Positions 1-11,900 are shown, counted from the stretch's first letter. The stretch: 64,000 nucleotides of DNA from an uncultured Gammaproteobacteria bacterium (GCA_965231015.1 OZ246408.1:19755-83754), one strand, 5' to 3'. Numbers and translations are program-made. Notes: generated by a model not told the origin, from the sequence alone.

Positions 1-217
1 TAACCCTTCCTGTGTTCAATCATGGTGGTGAAAGTCATTACCTACCAATCAAAAAAATCATCAAGGGTACCAAATTACATCTTGTAAATATGCTTCCCCA
101 GAGTGTAGGAGCGAATAGCCATTCGCCCCTACGAAAAAATAAAACTCCGCAGGGCGGAATTCTTTACGCACGAGCTGGCCAACACGTAGGCAGAGAGATT
201 ATTTGCCTAAAATTAGA

Positions 218-1279
218 TTAATTGCTAAACCTAAAAACACAGGTATCCCCGTCTTTCATCACGTAATCCTTACCTTCGATGTGCAATTTTCCTGCCTCGC
301 GAGTTCCGGTCTCACCAAGTTCAACAATGTCCCGCCAGTTCATTACTTCGGCTCGAATAAACCCTGCTTCAAAATCAGTATGAATTACGCCGGCCGCGGC
401 CGGTGCTTTTGTTCCCTCGGAAATAGTCCAGGCCCGGGTTTCTTTTTCACCCGACGTGAAGTAGGTGATGAGCCCAAGCATTTCGTAGCACGCCGTGATC
501 AGCCGATCTAGTCCTGAGTGCTCAAGTCCCATCGAAGACAAAAACTCTTTTTGCTCCTCAACCGACATTTCCGCAATTTCTGACTCGACCTTGATCGAGA
601 TCGGTAAAACCATTCGTCCATCAAGATCAATTTCTTTCTTTACATCGCCTTCATCAACGTTCAAAACTACAAGCATTGGTTTGCCGGTCAGAAGATTCAA
701 ATGTTTGATTAGTTCTTGCTCTTTATTATCAAGCTCAACTTGATTCACGAGCTTCCCAGAACCAAGTGTGTCTTTGAGCTTAGTACAAAGTGCAAAATCA
801 CGCTCCAGATCCTTGGTCATGCCGGCTTTGGCTTTTCCGCTCAAGCGTTCCAAATGCTTTTCCACGGTCACGAGATCGGCCATGGCCAGTTCTAGCTCAA
901 TCACCTCAACATCTCGGACTGGATCCACTTCCCCCTCAACGTGAGTAACATTGGAATCTGAAAACCCGCGCACCACGTGAGCAATCATGTCGACTTCACG
1001 AATATTAGCCAGGAACTGATTACCTAAACCTTCACCTTTGTGTGCTCCGCGTACCAGCCCGGCAATGTCAACAAATTCAATTGCGGCCGGAATCTTTTTT
1101 TCCGACTTAGATGCCTTGGCCAATTGATCAACCCGTTCATCTGGAACTTCAACTACTCCGACGTTTGGTTCGATGGTGCAGAACGGAAAATTTTCACAGT
1201 CAACCTGCTTTTTAGTGAGGGTTTTGAAGAGAGTCGACTTGCCAACGTTTGGAAGACCAACAATTCCGACTTGAAGCAT
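218..1279 (-). CDS. ychF: Ribosome-binding ATPase YchF (Obg-family GTPase)
   Basis: 353-aa ORF; N-terminal P-loop GIVGLPNVGKSTLF, G-domain and C-terminal TGS-like region typical of YchF/EngD. Confidence 0.9.
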   Translation of the reverse strand: MLQVGIVGLPNVGKSTLFKTLTKKQVDCENFPFCTIEPNVGVVEVPDERVDQLAKASKSEKKIPAAIEFVDIAGLVRGAHKGEGLGNQFLANIREVDMIAHVVRGFSDSNVTHVEGEVDPVRDVEVIELELAMADLVTVEKHLERLSGKAKAGMTKDLERDFALCTKLKDTLGSGKLVNQVELDNKEQELIKHLNLLTGKPMLVVLNVDEGDVKKEIDLDGRMVLPISIKVESEIAEMSVEEQKEFLSSMGLEHSGLDRLITACYEMLGLITYFTSGEKETRAWTISEGTKAPAAAGVIHTDFEAGFIRAEVMNWRDIVELGETGTREAGKLHIEGKDYVMKDGDTCVFRFSN

Positions 1280-1321
1280 ACGTAATCGTCCGGCCTTTTG
1301 ACCGGACGCAATTTATCGAAA

Positions 1322-1397
1322 TGGTGGACCTTAGGAGGCTCGAACTCCTGACCTCTTCCATGCCATGGAAGCGCTCTACCAGCTGAGCTAAAGGCCC
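1322..1397 (-). tRNA. tRNA-Ala (anticodon GGC)
   Basis: 76-nt cloverleaf read on the reverse complement: acceptor GGGCCTT/AAGGTCC with the Ala-identity G3:U70 pair, anticodon loop AU-GGC-AU, T-loop TTCGAGC, encoded CCA. Confidence 0.85.
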
Positions 1398-1423
1398 ATT
1401 TCGAGATGAAGACTATCATGACC

Positions 1424-1458
1424 AAAAGACGGGGTCAAGTGACCCCGTCTGTTTTTGG
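1424..1458. terminator. Bidirectional rho-independent terminator (hairpin GACGGGGTC-AAGT-GACCCCGTC flanked by A-run and T-run)
   Basis: Perfect 9-bp stem followed by TGTTTTTGG on + and preceded by AAAA (T-run on the minus strand). Sits 14 nt downstream of the stop of the 835-aa minus-strand gene. Confidence 0.6.
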
Positions 1459-1471
1459 CCTAAATTTAGGG

Positions 1472-3979
1472 CTATTCAGTCGTCTCTTCAGTAATCTCTT
1501 CCTCAACATCAGGAGTTTCTTCTACGGTCTGACCCTCACTGACGTCTGTAGCCGTTTGCTCACCGGACTCAACCGGCTCTGGGATCTCACCACTGGTCTC
1601 ACCACTCTTTAGCTGATCAAGACGTTGTTGAACCAGCTGATTATCAGGATTCAAAGCCAGTACCTCCTCCACTTGTTCAATGGCCTTATCAATTTCACCG
1701 TTTAGCTCATAGATTGAAGCCAAGAACCAGCGGGCGTTAGAATACGTTGGCACCAAATTGACCACATGTTCGAACATAACCTGAGCGTTGTCGTTGTTTC
1801 CCTGTCGCAAGTAAAGCAATCCGAGCTGGAAAGCAACTCCTACATCCATTTGGTTGTACAAGAACACGCTTTCCATCTTGGTGACCGCTTCATCAAGCTT
1901 GCCCTGTCGTTCAAACACAACGGCCAACTGATAATGCGCCGGAGCGTAATCAGCTTTCAGTTCAATCGCCTTGTCAAAGGCGGTTTCAGCCGCAACCAGG
2001 CTTTCGTCAACCTTGGTTTGAGCGTTATTTGCGGTTTCCTCATCCGGAGACGTGGTTAACTGTCGAGCCGTTTCCGCAATTACAAGATTAACTTTTCCAA
2101 GTTCGGTTTGATATTCAGGATTTACCGGGCTAAGTTCGGTTGCCTTGCTGAAAGACTCAAGGGCAAACTCGTCTGCTCCACCAATAAAGGCAATTACTTC
2201 TCGGTAAATTGAACCGCGTACTGACCAATTCAAGACGTTGTTTGGTCCTAAATCTGTGCTACGTTTAGCTGCGTTTATACTGGCAGCGGTTAAAGCTCGA
2301 ATCAGATTAGCCTGTTCTGTAGTCATCTCCTCTCCGACATTGCCAAGTTCTTCACTTACCCGCAAAAGCAAGGCTTGAGCCAGGTTGCGGTAGTAAATGT
2401 CGTTGTAACGATTGAAAGTTGCGGCCTTGTCAAGTTTGGTCACGATTTCAGTGAGTTCTCCTCCGGCAGCATCAAGTTTAACGGCACGAGCAAAAGCAAT
2501 CTCTCCGGCATAGCGCTGACCGGTCACAAAGAGCACTGACACCACCATAACTGACACCAACACAAACAAGAAACTGAAGGCAAGACCCAGGCGTGGTGAC
2601 TCACTCACAGTAGCTGTTTTAACCTTTCGCATGGCTTCAATGGCCAAAAGTGCAGAAAAGCCGAAGAACAAAAAGGTCAGGGTCATGTTGGAACTGTACA
2701 ATAACATGGCCAACACACTGGTAGCCCAAGGAGCAAACAGAGCAAAACTTAATTTCCACTCTGCATGATTCTTTTCTTTAACAAGTCGGGCTAAAGCCTT
2801 TAAGCCGAGCATGGCTACGAACAAAACCCAAAGAAGAACACCAAGAACTCCAACAGTAGCCAACATGGTCAAGACGTGACTTGAACCGCGGTCAAAACGT
2901 ACGTTCCAGAACATAGTACTGTTGACATCCTGGTTATGATATTTCGCATAGTCGTAAATAAACGTTCCCGGGCCTGAACCAAACAGAGCCGAGGTATCAC
3001 CCAAACTTTGAGTAGCTATGTTCCAAGAGGCTTTCAAGGAAGGTGTCACTTCGGCCGGAAGACCCATGTTAAGTGGTGTCTGTAAAAACAAGAGCAACAG
3101 GGACACCACAAACAGAGCCATCGGCATAATAAAGCGATGTGTTTCTGGGAATTCTTGAGCACGCAAGAGTGAAAAGGTAAACAGAACCAGGATTCCGAAA
3201 ATAAGCGTTACCCAAAGCACCCAATAATCAAGCGAAACCAAAGAAACAAGGGTAGCCAGAGAAATAAAGGTAATCATGATCTTTGTGACCAATCCCTTCC
3301 AACCTCCACGCAATACATCCTCGTCCCCTTTTCCGGCCACAAGCCAAAGCCCGTTTCCGAAAATTGCACTAATTATAGCGAAAATTCCGAATGCGTTTAG
3401 AGTTCCGACCGTGTTGAAACTCTTGGCTACGGCAAAATCAAACGGTAGTGATTGGATACCCAAAATGGATAACAAACCAACCACAATCGCCAAAGTTGAC
3501 CCAATCAGAAACGAGAAAAAGATGCTTCTAAGCACTCGAGCTTCCTGGGTTGCGTTAATAGTAATGTAGAAGAGCACCACAAGAGCGCCTGTTGTCAGGA
3601 AACTGACATACTCTTGAGTTGCTTCACCCACCCAACTGATAAACCCGCCAAGAGAAAGTAGGGTAGAGACTAAAACTGAGACTAAAAACACAAAAGGCAG
3701 CAAATTTAGCCAACCTTTTCGAAAGGTGAATTTTTTCTCAGTAATCATGCCCCCCAACCAGGCCAAAGCGGCCACGGAAGTAAGGATGATAAGCAAGGTC
3801 TGCTTGTTGACTTCCAAAACGTCAAGATTCCACGGCAGGAACCAGACTGGAACAAGCAGGAAGAGAAGGTAAATGCACCAGCGGGTAATGGCACGATAGA
3901 CCTTCGGTGCGTTCAAGGAGCGACTCGCTCGCTTAAGCGCTGAGGCACCGACTCGGGCCCCGGATGAAGCTGTATCCAT
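1472..3979 (-). CDS. O-antigen-ligase-like (Wzy_C-type) polytopic membrane protein with C-terminal TPR repeats
   Basis: 835 aa; ~10 predicted TM helices in the N-terminal 450 aa, then TPR-like repeats (..YNDIYYRNLAQALLL.., ..AHYQLAVVFERQGKLDEA.., ..LGLLYLRQGNNDNA.., ..RWFLASIYELNGEIDKA..) and an acidic tail. Architecture call by pattern only. Confidence 0.55.
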   Translation of the reverse strand: MDTASSGARVGASALKRASRSLNAPKVYRAITRWCIYLLFLLVPVWFLPWNLDVLEVNKQTLLIILTSVAALAWLGGMITEKKFTFRKGWLNLLPFVFLVSVLVSTLLSLGGFISWVGEATQEYVSFLTTGALVVLFYITINATQEARVLRSIFFSFLIGSTLAIVVGLLSILGIQSLPFDFAVAKSFNTVGTLNAFGIFAIISAIFGNGLWLVAGKGDEDVLRGGWKGLVTKIMITFISLATLVSLVSLDYWVLWVTLIFGILVLFTFSLLRAQEFPETHRFIMPMALFVVSLLLLFLQTPLNMGLPAEVTPSLKASWNIATQSLGDTSALFGSGPGTFIYDYAKYHNQDVNSTMFWNVRFDRGSSHVLTMLATVGVLGVLLWVLFVAMLGLKALARLVKEKNHAEWKLSFALFAPWATSVLAMLLYSSNMTLTFLFFGFSALLAIEAMRKVKTATVSESPRLGLAFSFLFVLVSVMVVSVLFVTGQRYAGEIAFARAVKLDAAGGELTEIVTKLDKAATFNRYNDIYYRNLAQALLLRVSEELGNVGEEMTTEQANLIRALTAASINAAKRSTDLGPNNVLNWSVRGSIYREVIAFIGGADEFALESFSKATELSPVNPEYQTELGKVNLVIAETARQLTTSPDEETANNAQTKVDESLVAAETAFDKAIELKADYAPAHYQLAVVFERQGKLDEAVTKMESVFLYNQMDVGVAFQLGLLYLRQGNNDNAQVMFEHVVNLVPTYSNARWFLASIYELNGEIDKAIEQVEEVLALNPDNQLVQQRLDQLKSGETSGEIPEPVESGEQTATDVSEGQTVEETPDVEEEITEETTE

Positions 3980-4065
3980 ACTAGATAAGCTTAAGAATTA
4001 TTAAATTGACTGGCCCCAGTATATCAAATATAGATAGATAAGTTATCCTCAACGGTTCACCAGGC

Positions 4066-4095
4066 TTGACAAGAGGCCTATTTTAGGCCTAAAAT
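4066..4095 (+). promoter_or_regulatory. Sigma70-like promoter (TTGACA -18 nt- TAAAAT) upstream of the MopE-like gene
   Basis: TTGACA at 4066-4071 and TAAAAT at 4090-4095. A strong SD (AAGGAGGG) sits 6 nt before the ATG at 4157. The spacer contains two AGGCCT sites. Confidence 0.45.
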
Positions 4096-4156
4096 ATTCA
4101 GTCTTAGTCCGGCCTATGCTAGGATGTAAATAGAGGCACAAAAAAAGGAGGGCGAC

Positions 4157-5443
4157 ATGATTCGCTTTTTGTCCCTGAGCGCTCTTTCTATCATGCTGGT
4201 AGCCAGCTCCAATCCCGGCGGCTGCATCTACACCTGCTCCGAGTCGGCAGACGACGACACCTCTCCGGAGGACGACGACACCGGAGATGACGACACCTCT
4301 CCGGAGGACGACGACACCGGAGATGACGACACCGCTCCCGGCGACGACGACACGTCCGATGACGACACCTCGGATGACGATACCTCGGATGACGATTCGG
4401 GCGACGACGACACCGGGGGCTGTCCGAACGACTACGACTGCGACGGTACCGTCACTGCTGAGGACTGCGACGACACAAATCCGGATCTGAACAACTGGGA
4501 CTTCGACAACGATGGGTGGACTTCCTGCGACGGCGACTGCGACGACTGGGACGCCTCGCTGGAACTGGACGACGCCGACGCCGACGGCTACACCACCTGC
4601 GAGGGCGACTGCGACGACGCGGACGACCAGGCCTTCCCGGGCAACACCGAAGTCTGCGACGGCGCGGATAACGATTGCGACGGTACCGTGGACGAAGGCT
4701 TCGACGGCGACGGCGACGGCTGGAGCCCCTGCGCCGGCGACTGCAACGACGCCAACCTCTACATCTACCCGGGCGCGCCCGAGATCTGCGACAACCTGGA
4801 CAACGACTGCGACGGATTCCTCGGCTACAACGAGATCGATCACGATGGTGACGGTATCACCATGTGCGACGGCGATTGCGATGGCAACAACGCTGACATC
4901 TTCCCAGGCGCGCCGGAACTGTGTGATGGCGAGGACAACGATTGCGACGGGTCTATTCCGTCTAGCGAGACTACTGACAGCGACGGCGACGGCGCCATCG
5001 ACTGCGCCGACTGCGATCCGGCTGACCCCACCGTCTACCCCGGGGCTCCTGAGCTATGCGACGGCATCGACAATGACTGCGACGGCTCACCGTCCTTGGA
5101 CGAAACAGACCAGGATGGTGATGGTTTGTCGGTTTGTGACGGCGACTGCGACGACACCGACGCCAACGTCTACCCGGGTTACGACTCGGACGGCGATGGT
5201 TGGGATTCGTGCGATGACTGCGATGACACGAATCCGAACATCTACCCCTATGCACCGGAAGTCTGTGACGACGGCATTGATCAGAACTGTGACGGTCAAT
5301 CCGACGAATGGGCTGATGCTGACGGTGACGGTTACAACAACTGCGATGGCGACTGCGACGACTTTGACGCCGGCGCCTATCCCGGCAACATCGAAACTAT
5401 CGGCGACAACATCGACAACGACTGCGATGGTGTGGTCGAATAA
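4157..5443 (+). CDS. Secreted Asp/Cys-rich protein with ~9 tandem MopE-like putative metal-binding motifs (C-x-GDCDD-x-PGAxExCDGxDNDCDG)
   Basis: 428 aa; signal peptide MIRFLSLSALSIMLVASS. N-terminal (S/T)PEDDDTGDDDT low-complexity repeats. Repeated DGDGYxxCxGDCDDxDAxxYPGAPExCDGxDNDCDG units match the 'putative metal-binding motif' family typical of Myxococcota. The gene is strikingly GC-rich (GC3-biased codons gac/ggc/tgc) relative to its neighbours. Confidence 0.65.
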   Translation: MIRFLSLSALSIMLVASSNPGGCIYTCSESADDDTSPEDDDTGDDDTSPEDDDTGDDDTAPGDDDTSDDDTSDDDTSDDDSGDDDTGGCPNDYDCDGTVTAEDCDDTNPDLNNWDFDNDGWTSCDGDCDDWDASLELDDADADGYTTCEGDCDDADDQAFPGNTEVCDGADNDCDGTVDEGFDGDGDGWSPCAGDCNDANLYIYPGAPEICDNLDNDCDGFLGYNEIDHDGDGITMCDGDCDGNNADIFPGAPELCDGEDNDCDGSIPSSETTDSDGDGAIDCADCDPADPTVYPGAPELCDGIDNDCDGSPSLDETDQDGDGLSVCDGDCDDTDANVYPGYDSDGDGWDSCDDCDDTNPNIYPYAPEVCDDGIDQNCDGQSDEWADADGDGYNNCDGDCDDFDAGAYPGNIETIGDNIDNDCDGVVE

Positions 5444-5475
5444 CCCCCTTGGGCGAACTGCCGTTCGCCTCTACT

Positions 5476-5510
5476 GCCCACCGGCACCCCACCGGTGGGC
5501 ACTTTTTTAT
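5476..5510 (+). terminator. Rho-independent terminator (GCCCACCGG-CACCCCA-CCGGTGGGC + T6)
   Basis: Perfect 9-bp GC-rich stem followed by ACTTTTTTATT, 33 nt after the stop of the MopE-like gene. Confidence 0.65.
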
Positions 5511-5546
5511 TCGTGAATTCGTAACCATTCGTAAATTCGTGAACCT
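5508..5546. repeat. Four tandem ATTCGT(G/A)A units (ATTCGTGA ATTCGTAACC ATTCGTAA ATTCGTGAACC)
   Basis: Seen directly in the sequence immediately after the terminator, in the convergent intergenic gap between the MopE-like gene and the giant gene. Confidence 0.4.
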
Positions 5547-5934
5547 CACTGCATTTATGAAACATAAAACGACCAAAGTGGGGTTTTGGCCGTCCTATGT
5601 CATTAGTCGCTCCTCACGAAAATAATGTATGCGTCAGAAGCATGACTCAAAGGCAACTAACACCGTTAGCTACTTTTGAGCCGATATGGGTGCCCGTTTG
5701 GCCCTGTTCTTAGATACTCTTTTGAGGATGAACCGATTAAATTCGAGGAGATTGATTCAAATAGTTTTTGAAGCAATACTTTTGTATTGCTGATAAAATT
5801 TTTGGATCAAGATTTCGAATTTTGGTGGTTCAGACCAAAAACGGTATCTAAAAACAGGGCCTAGACACATGTACAAAGAACGTCGCGACCGGCGCGTCAA
5901 CGAAAGTCGCGGGACTCACCCAAACTGCTTTCAA

Positions 5935-8900
5935 CTACTCGAGCGTTTCTGATAGGGGATCGCTTGTATTATCACTACTGTTCGTTTCATCCCCAGCATT
6001 TGGGGCCACTTGGTCAATTTCATCAACCCCTCCACTTTGGTCAGGGTCTTCAACGGTCTCACCGTCGTCTGCCGGTTCTTCTGCAATTGGGTCAATATCA
6101 TTGATCCCTGCATCCACCTCGGTATCTTCCTCCGATTCTTCCTCGGTTGTTTCTTCTTCAATTGATTCTTCTTCAGGCTCAATAATTTCCTCGGTCTCTG
6201 GGTTCAAATACTTCTCTGGCTCCATATCCTTTCGATAGGCGGTTACAAACCAGTTAAATTCAGTATCAGATGAACTGTCTGCCATAATCGTGAAGCCATC
6301 ATTGTTTTGTTCATTCACATAAAGTTGGACCGGTTCACCAATCGGCATGGCCATAACTCGTACCGGAGCAATGGTTGAAATAATATCGTTAAAGTGAGGA
6401 TCAATCTCTTCAAATTCAATTGTGACTTGACCGCTTGAAAGTTGAGCTGTTCCAGACATGGTTACCGTGGCCTCAAGAGAAAGTTCAGCCTGAACTTCAA
6501 CCTCTTCACCCTGATAGGTCTCAATCACAGCCATAAATGATCCCTTAGTCTTAAAATCACCTTCTGGACTGACTTCCCAATCACCTAGACCGGCAATCTT
6601 ATTTACATTGATAATGTCGTTGGCCTGCATGTATAGACTTCCTCCAAGAGTCAAACTGCCAACATTGGAACCAATACCGCCAAAGCCACTAGCAATATTT
6701 TCGGTACCAGGGGTGGTATCAGATACACCGCCGCCCCAGTAGCCTACATTCACAAAAGCAATAATTGAATCACCACCATCACCGTTATAATTTTCCAAAG
6801 CATTACCCACAATCGGTCCGGCTTCAGTTGCCTTCATGGCGTAACCCGGGGTCGAAGAAGTAGTTAGTGGATCACCCACAGCAATCGGACCATTTTCAAG
6901 ACTAACCTTCACCGGCACTCGTCCAGCCAGAGCGACCGGATAATCTCCTTCAATACTGTCACCTGCTAAGAAGCCGGGCTTGGTTGAAACAATTCCGGCA
7001 ACTAGCCCATCATAAGACTCAGATGAACGTCGGACTTTTTCATCACTTGTATCAAAGACCACGACATCACCAGCTTCAAGCACTTCGTCTGAAGGGAACA
7101 TTTCCGCAAAGTCGTAGCTGCCGGTTGACCAACCACTAGCATTGGTGCGCATCATGTCGCCACCCCAACCTTCTGAGCCATCGTAATAAATATATTTGTC
7201 AGTTTGTAAATCACCGCGGTCGGACGGATACAACCGACCGGCCAGCTGCACATCGCCCTCGGCAGTGATCACTGCAGCACTCGTTCCACCTGAACCACGC
7301 ACGGTCAGCGAAGCATTATCAATTACTAAATTGTCAGTGATCACAGTATCAGTGCCGTCAGTGCCAAGCACTGCTCCGGTATAGTATTCCACATCTACAA
7401 AGGCCACGATGATATCATTTCCAGGATCAGCAATTTGCATAGCCCGCCCAAGTACCATCCCAGCCTCAGTGGCTTTCATGGCGTATCCTGGAGTTGAAGA
7501 AGTGGTTAAATAATCACCGATTTCAATCAAGCCGTTTTCATCGGAAACACGAACCGGTACTCGACCTGACAGTGCGATCGGTGGACTGGTATCCCAACCC
7601 ATCACAAAAGCCGGATCAGTACTAACCACTCCTACCAAACCCGGTTCATAGGTCAATCCACTGCTTCGCAATACATGCTCTGCATTTGCTGAATCTAAGA
7701 CCACAACTTCACCAGCAGACAAAGTAGCATCTGTGGATGGCATGCGCTCAGCCACGTCAAAAGCAGCAGAGTTAAAACTGCCATCAGCATAAGCATTACC
7801 TACGGCTGGAGCTCCTATGTCGGCACAGGTATCAGGGTCGGTTCCGTCGTCATCAATACACAAGATACTACTTCCAAGCTCAACGTCTCCGGCGATGAAC
7901 AGGTCGTCAGAACCGGCAACAGCCGCTAAAGTCTTAGTTACGGCACCACTAGAAATTGTGTGATAGGCGTAAGTATTGGAAACCTGACCGGCATGCAGTG
8001 TTCCAGCAAACATCATCTTGCCCTGATTGGTAAACCGTAAAATTGTTTCCGCAGCCGCGTCATTGCGAACCTTGATCACATCTTCGGCTGATCCGCTCTG
8101 TCCCACATCAATCACCAAAGCCTGCTGGCCCATAGAATTCACTCCGGGATTATCAACAAAATCCTGATAAATATGTAAAGCTGTGGCGTCCCCACCGCCG
8201 GAACCGCCGCCAGAATTTTTAATCCGAACCACTTCTCCCACACTGCCCACTTCATCATCAAGCTGGGCCAAATAAAGCAGTGCATTGCTGGAACCGGCTG
8301 TGTAGTTAGAACTGCCACTATCAACCCGGGTAACTTTTATGCCACTACCAGAGGTAAGCGAATTAGTGCCGATATCCATAACATCTCCGGTAGTAACATC
8401 CGTACCCGTAATGGTTACGCCGTCACTGGCTCCGGCATTGTCAAGATCGAGCTCAAGCTGACCCTGAACGTACAAATCACCATCACCGGTAGCCACGTTG
8501 GCCGTACCGCCGCCGCCGTCATGAATCTGCACATTGCCGTCTTCTGAATAAATAGCGTAGTTATTCGCTCCGCCAGAAGCCGTGGTGTACACGCCGTAGT
8601 TAGGGGTTGTCCCGCTTCCCGTGGCCGTAGCGTAAACCGCATAGTTATTGGTAGCGTTGGATCCGCCTACGCTGGAGTGCACCCCATAGTTAGTGGAGCC
8701 GGTACCACTAACTACATTGCGGTTACCATAATTGGTGGCGCTGGCAACATTAACAAAAGTACTCAAACCTTGATTGGTTCCAGCCCCGGTATCAGACAAG
8801 CGTAAGTAGGCGCCATAGGCTCCGGAAGAAATAGTACCAGCGGTATTTGCAATATCTGCGTTAATTCCATATACGTTAGCAACTGAACCCGCAGCAGAAA

Positions 8901-11900
8901 GGTCAGTGTCAATTTCCAAGCCATAAATGTAATCAACGTTACCGGTATTCGAAAGCGTGGCCTCTGCCTTAATTGCACGCAGATAACTGAGGGCTGCACT
9001 ATCTGAAGCACTGCTGTAATCAGCTACGGCCTGAATCGCACTCATATCGATAGTGGAGGCAGTGGTGCCAGTAAAATCTAAAGTTGAGGAGGTGCCGTAT
9101 AAAGTACGGGCCGCTGTTTGCGCACCGGTAAGAGTCGCATCAAGATCTAAGCCGGTGAAATCGCTGTCAGCATTCAGGGTTTCTGAAACATCTACCACGG
9201 TGTTCGTACTAATAGCACCTGCTGTGCCAGCAGCCAGGTGGCCGGACAGGTTCACGTCATCGCTCAGCTCGAACTGGCTGGCGCCGTTATTCCAGCGCAA
9301 CGACTCGGTGCCGGCGTTGTTAAAGTAGAGATATTCGTCCAGTTCTACATTGCCGGCTACGTCTAAAATCTGGCCCGGAGCACTGGTGCCCAGGCCCACG
9401 TTGCCGTCACTACCGCGCACGAACAGAGCGTTGGCCGCGCCGGTGGCCTGCACCTGGAAATCGACGTCCGCACCGGTGTTGTTCACGACAACGATATCCT
9501 GCGTGCCTTCATCCAGGCTCAACATCGAGACGGCCCCGGCAAAAAAATCAATCTGATTATTCGTGAAACTGAGATAGGTATTAGTGTCCAGATTATGTTC
9601 CAACCTCTCGTCAACACCGATGTCGCCAGCCACTTCTAATTCCGTACTTGGATTATTGGTACCGACACCGACCCGGTCATCCACGGCATCAACAAAGAAC
9701 ATATTGTCATTGGCCGTGCTTTTAATTTGAAAATCTACAGCACTGGCGTTGTCATTGAAAATCATGGCCCCGGTGTTGATATAGGTCACTAGGGCATTAG
9801 TGCCGTCATGGGAAATAGCCACGTGATCAACCTCGCTCGCGGGATCATAAATGCCGAACATTCCGTAATTGCGAACAGTATCACTACCCGGATCCAGCCG
9901 CAGGTCTCCGCCGCCCACAGTGACCAACTCCAAATGCGACCCGGTTGAACTGAACTCCACATAATCATCGGTTTCACCATTCGGCCGCAGCTGCATATTG
10001 CCACTTGATTCAATGAAGTTACTGGAACCATTAATTGTGATAGTGCTGCCTGAAACGATAGTACCGTCCTGATCCACACTGAATTTTACGTCGCCTGTAT
10101 TATCAAAGTCTTCGATCGCTTCAATAAAATAGAAGCTACCTGTATCTTCTTCGTCTGTTTGAAGCGTGAGTAGAGTGTTAGAAAAAGCGGCGTTGTCTCC
10201 ATGAACGGTCACAACGTTTTCATTTGTGGTATCAATAAAGCCTGCATCACCGGCAACCTCCAAATCATAATCCGGTGCATTGGTACCGATTCCGAGCTCG
10301 TCATTAGACGCGTCCCAGAAAAAATTATTTTCTCCGGATAAACCGGAAGCGGTCCAGAACGTCACCTGTCCGGTTGATCCGGTTCCACTAGCAACTGTGT
10401 CATCGATACAAAACTCGGTACCATTATCAAAACAGAATTGATCGTCATTGTCGTCGTACCAAATTTCAGACTCATTAGCTGCAGAGGCAGAATTCTGACC
10501 GGTCCCTAAGTGAATCTGGCCGACTGTTGCGTTAGCCGAGGGGGTAATGAAAATCGGGTTACCTGATTGATTGTTTGTGTCAACAAAATTCACATTTAAT
10601 CCGTGAGCCCCTGAACCGGCAGCGTCAGGTTCATTGGTGAGTAGAATCAACGAACCACTGGAATTTTTTGAATTACCATCTAAAATTGACTGTGTAGTTG
10701 AATCTGACTGAACGAGAATTGAGTGTTGATTGGCCGCTTGCGAAAGATAGATTCCATACGCATTAGAACTGCTTTGGTTTGATAATCGGAAACCGGTTCC
10801 TGAACCACTATTCTCCAAATGAATAACGTCCTGATTCACTGAAGCTAAGGCTTCCAGATTTAACAAGCTTTCTCCTGCCGCGTTCGACAAAATATCAAGG
10901 TCAGCGTCAGGGGTGGTATCACCAATTCCCACATTACCGATTGTAAACACGGCCGCATAGTCGTTGGCGGCAACTGTCATTCCGTAGTCAGTTCCACCGC
11001 TGATGTTAGATAAATCAATATTCAATCCGGTGTTTGTGGCTGTTGAACTGTTAACTCCATCAGCAAAGTTGATATCCAAACCAGTGGTGTTCGCAGTTTG
11101 ATTGCTGTTTAAAATATCCAGGTCAATCTCTTGCATCACAATGGCGGTCGCTCCACCGGATGGATCATTAGCTACATCCAAAATTGCACTTGGTGAACTG
11201 GCTCCAATTCCAACCATATCGGCTGAACCGTCTACAAACAACATATTAGTCTCGTTGTTACTTTCCACTCGGAAATCAACTGAACCACCGCCTTCGTTAA
11301 AGATAGCCGCACCGGTTCCGGCAAGATTAATGTCTGCATTAGCTGCAGAGGTTCCACCCAAGTAGAATTCCTTGGTAGCATTATTGTAGAAAAAGTTGGC
11401 GTTATCTTCAGATAAACCAGAGTTTATAAACACAATTGAACCGTCTGTTAGTCCCGGATTTAAAGTGCCGTAAATGGCACCGTCTACTTCCAAATCGTCT
11501 TCAACGTAAAGGTCGCCCTCGCCAGTGGCAAAATCGACACTGGCCGCACCGTCCCAAATCTGAACGTTGCTTCCCTGGAAGTCAGCGGCCATGGCACTAC
11601 CAGCCCCGGCGTTTGTGACGTCAACCGAAATACCAAAAGCGTCAACCGGTGAGTTAGCGGCCATATCAAGATCAATTCCGTTGCCGGCAATATTTTTTGT
11701 GATTGAAAGCGCGTCTCCCGGACCTGCGTGGGTAATTGCTACACCTGATCCATTATTTGAGTTATCAGTTAAAGAAACCGTGATGCCGTCTCCGGTGCCG
11801 TTGCTGGCGTGAGTCACTGTGATACCGTCAGCGTCATTATTCGGATCAGTCATGTCAAGGTCAATTCCCTCACCACTTCCTGTGTTATTGATCAGAACCG

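Noticed and set aside
12-511. ORFs 12..221 (+) and 203..511 (+) at the window start
   Set aside because: The first is in the ychF downstream spacer with no RBS or known motif. The second is antisense to ychF. A small palindrome GCGAATAGCCATTCGC at 107-122 is noted but is not followed by a T-run.
1288-1310. Hairpin CGTCCGGCC-tttt-GACCGGACG between tRNA-Ala and the ychF start
   Set aside because: No flanking T-run on either strand. It is upstream of the ychF start, so at most it is a processing or attenuator structure. Insufficient evidence to call a terminator.
4049-5516. Long ORFs on the opposite strand and in alternative frames of the MopE-like gene (264-aa minus-strand ORF 4049..4843; 334-aa '+' ORF 4512..5516; others)
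   Set aside because: Low-complexity translations (V/A/G-rich or T/A/R-rich) produced by the GAC/GGC/TGC-repetitive coding strand. No RBS, and they are fully embedded in a well-supported gene.
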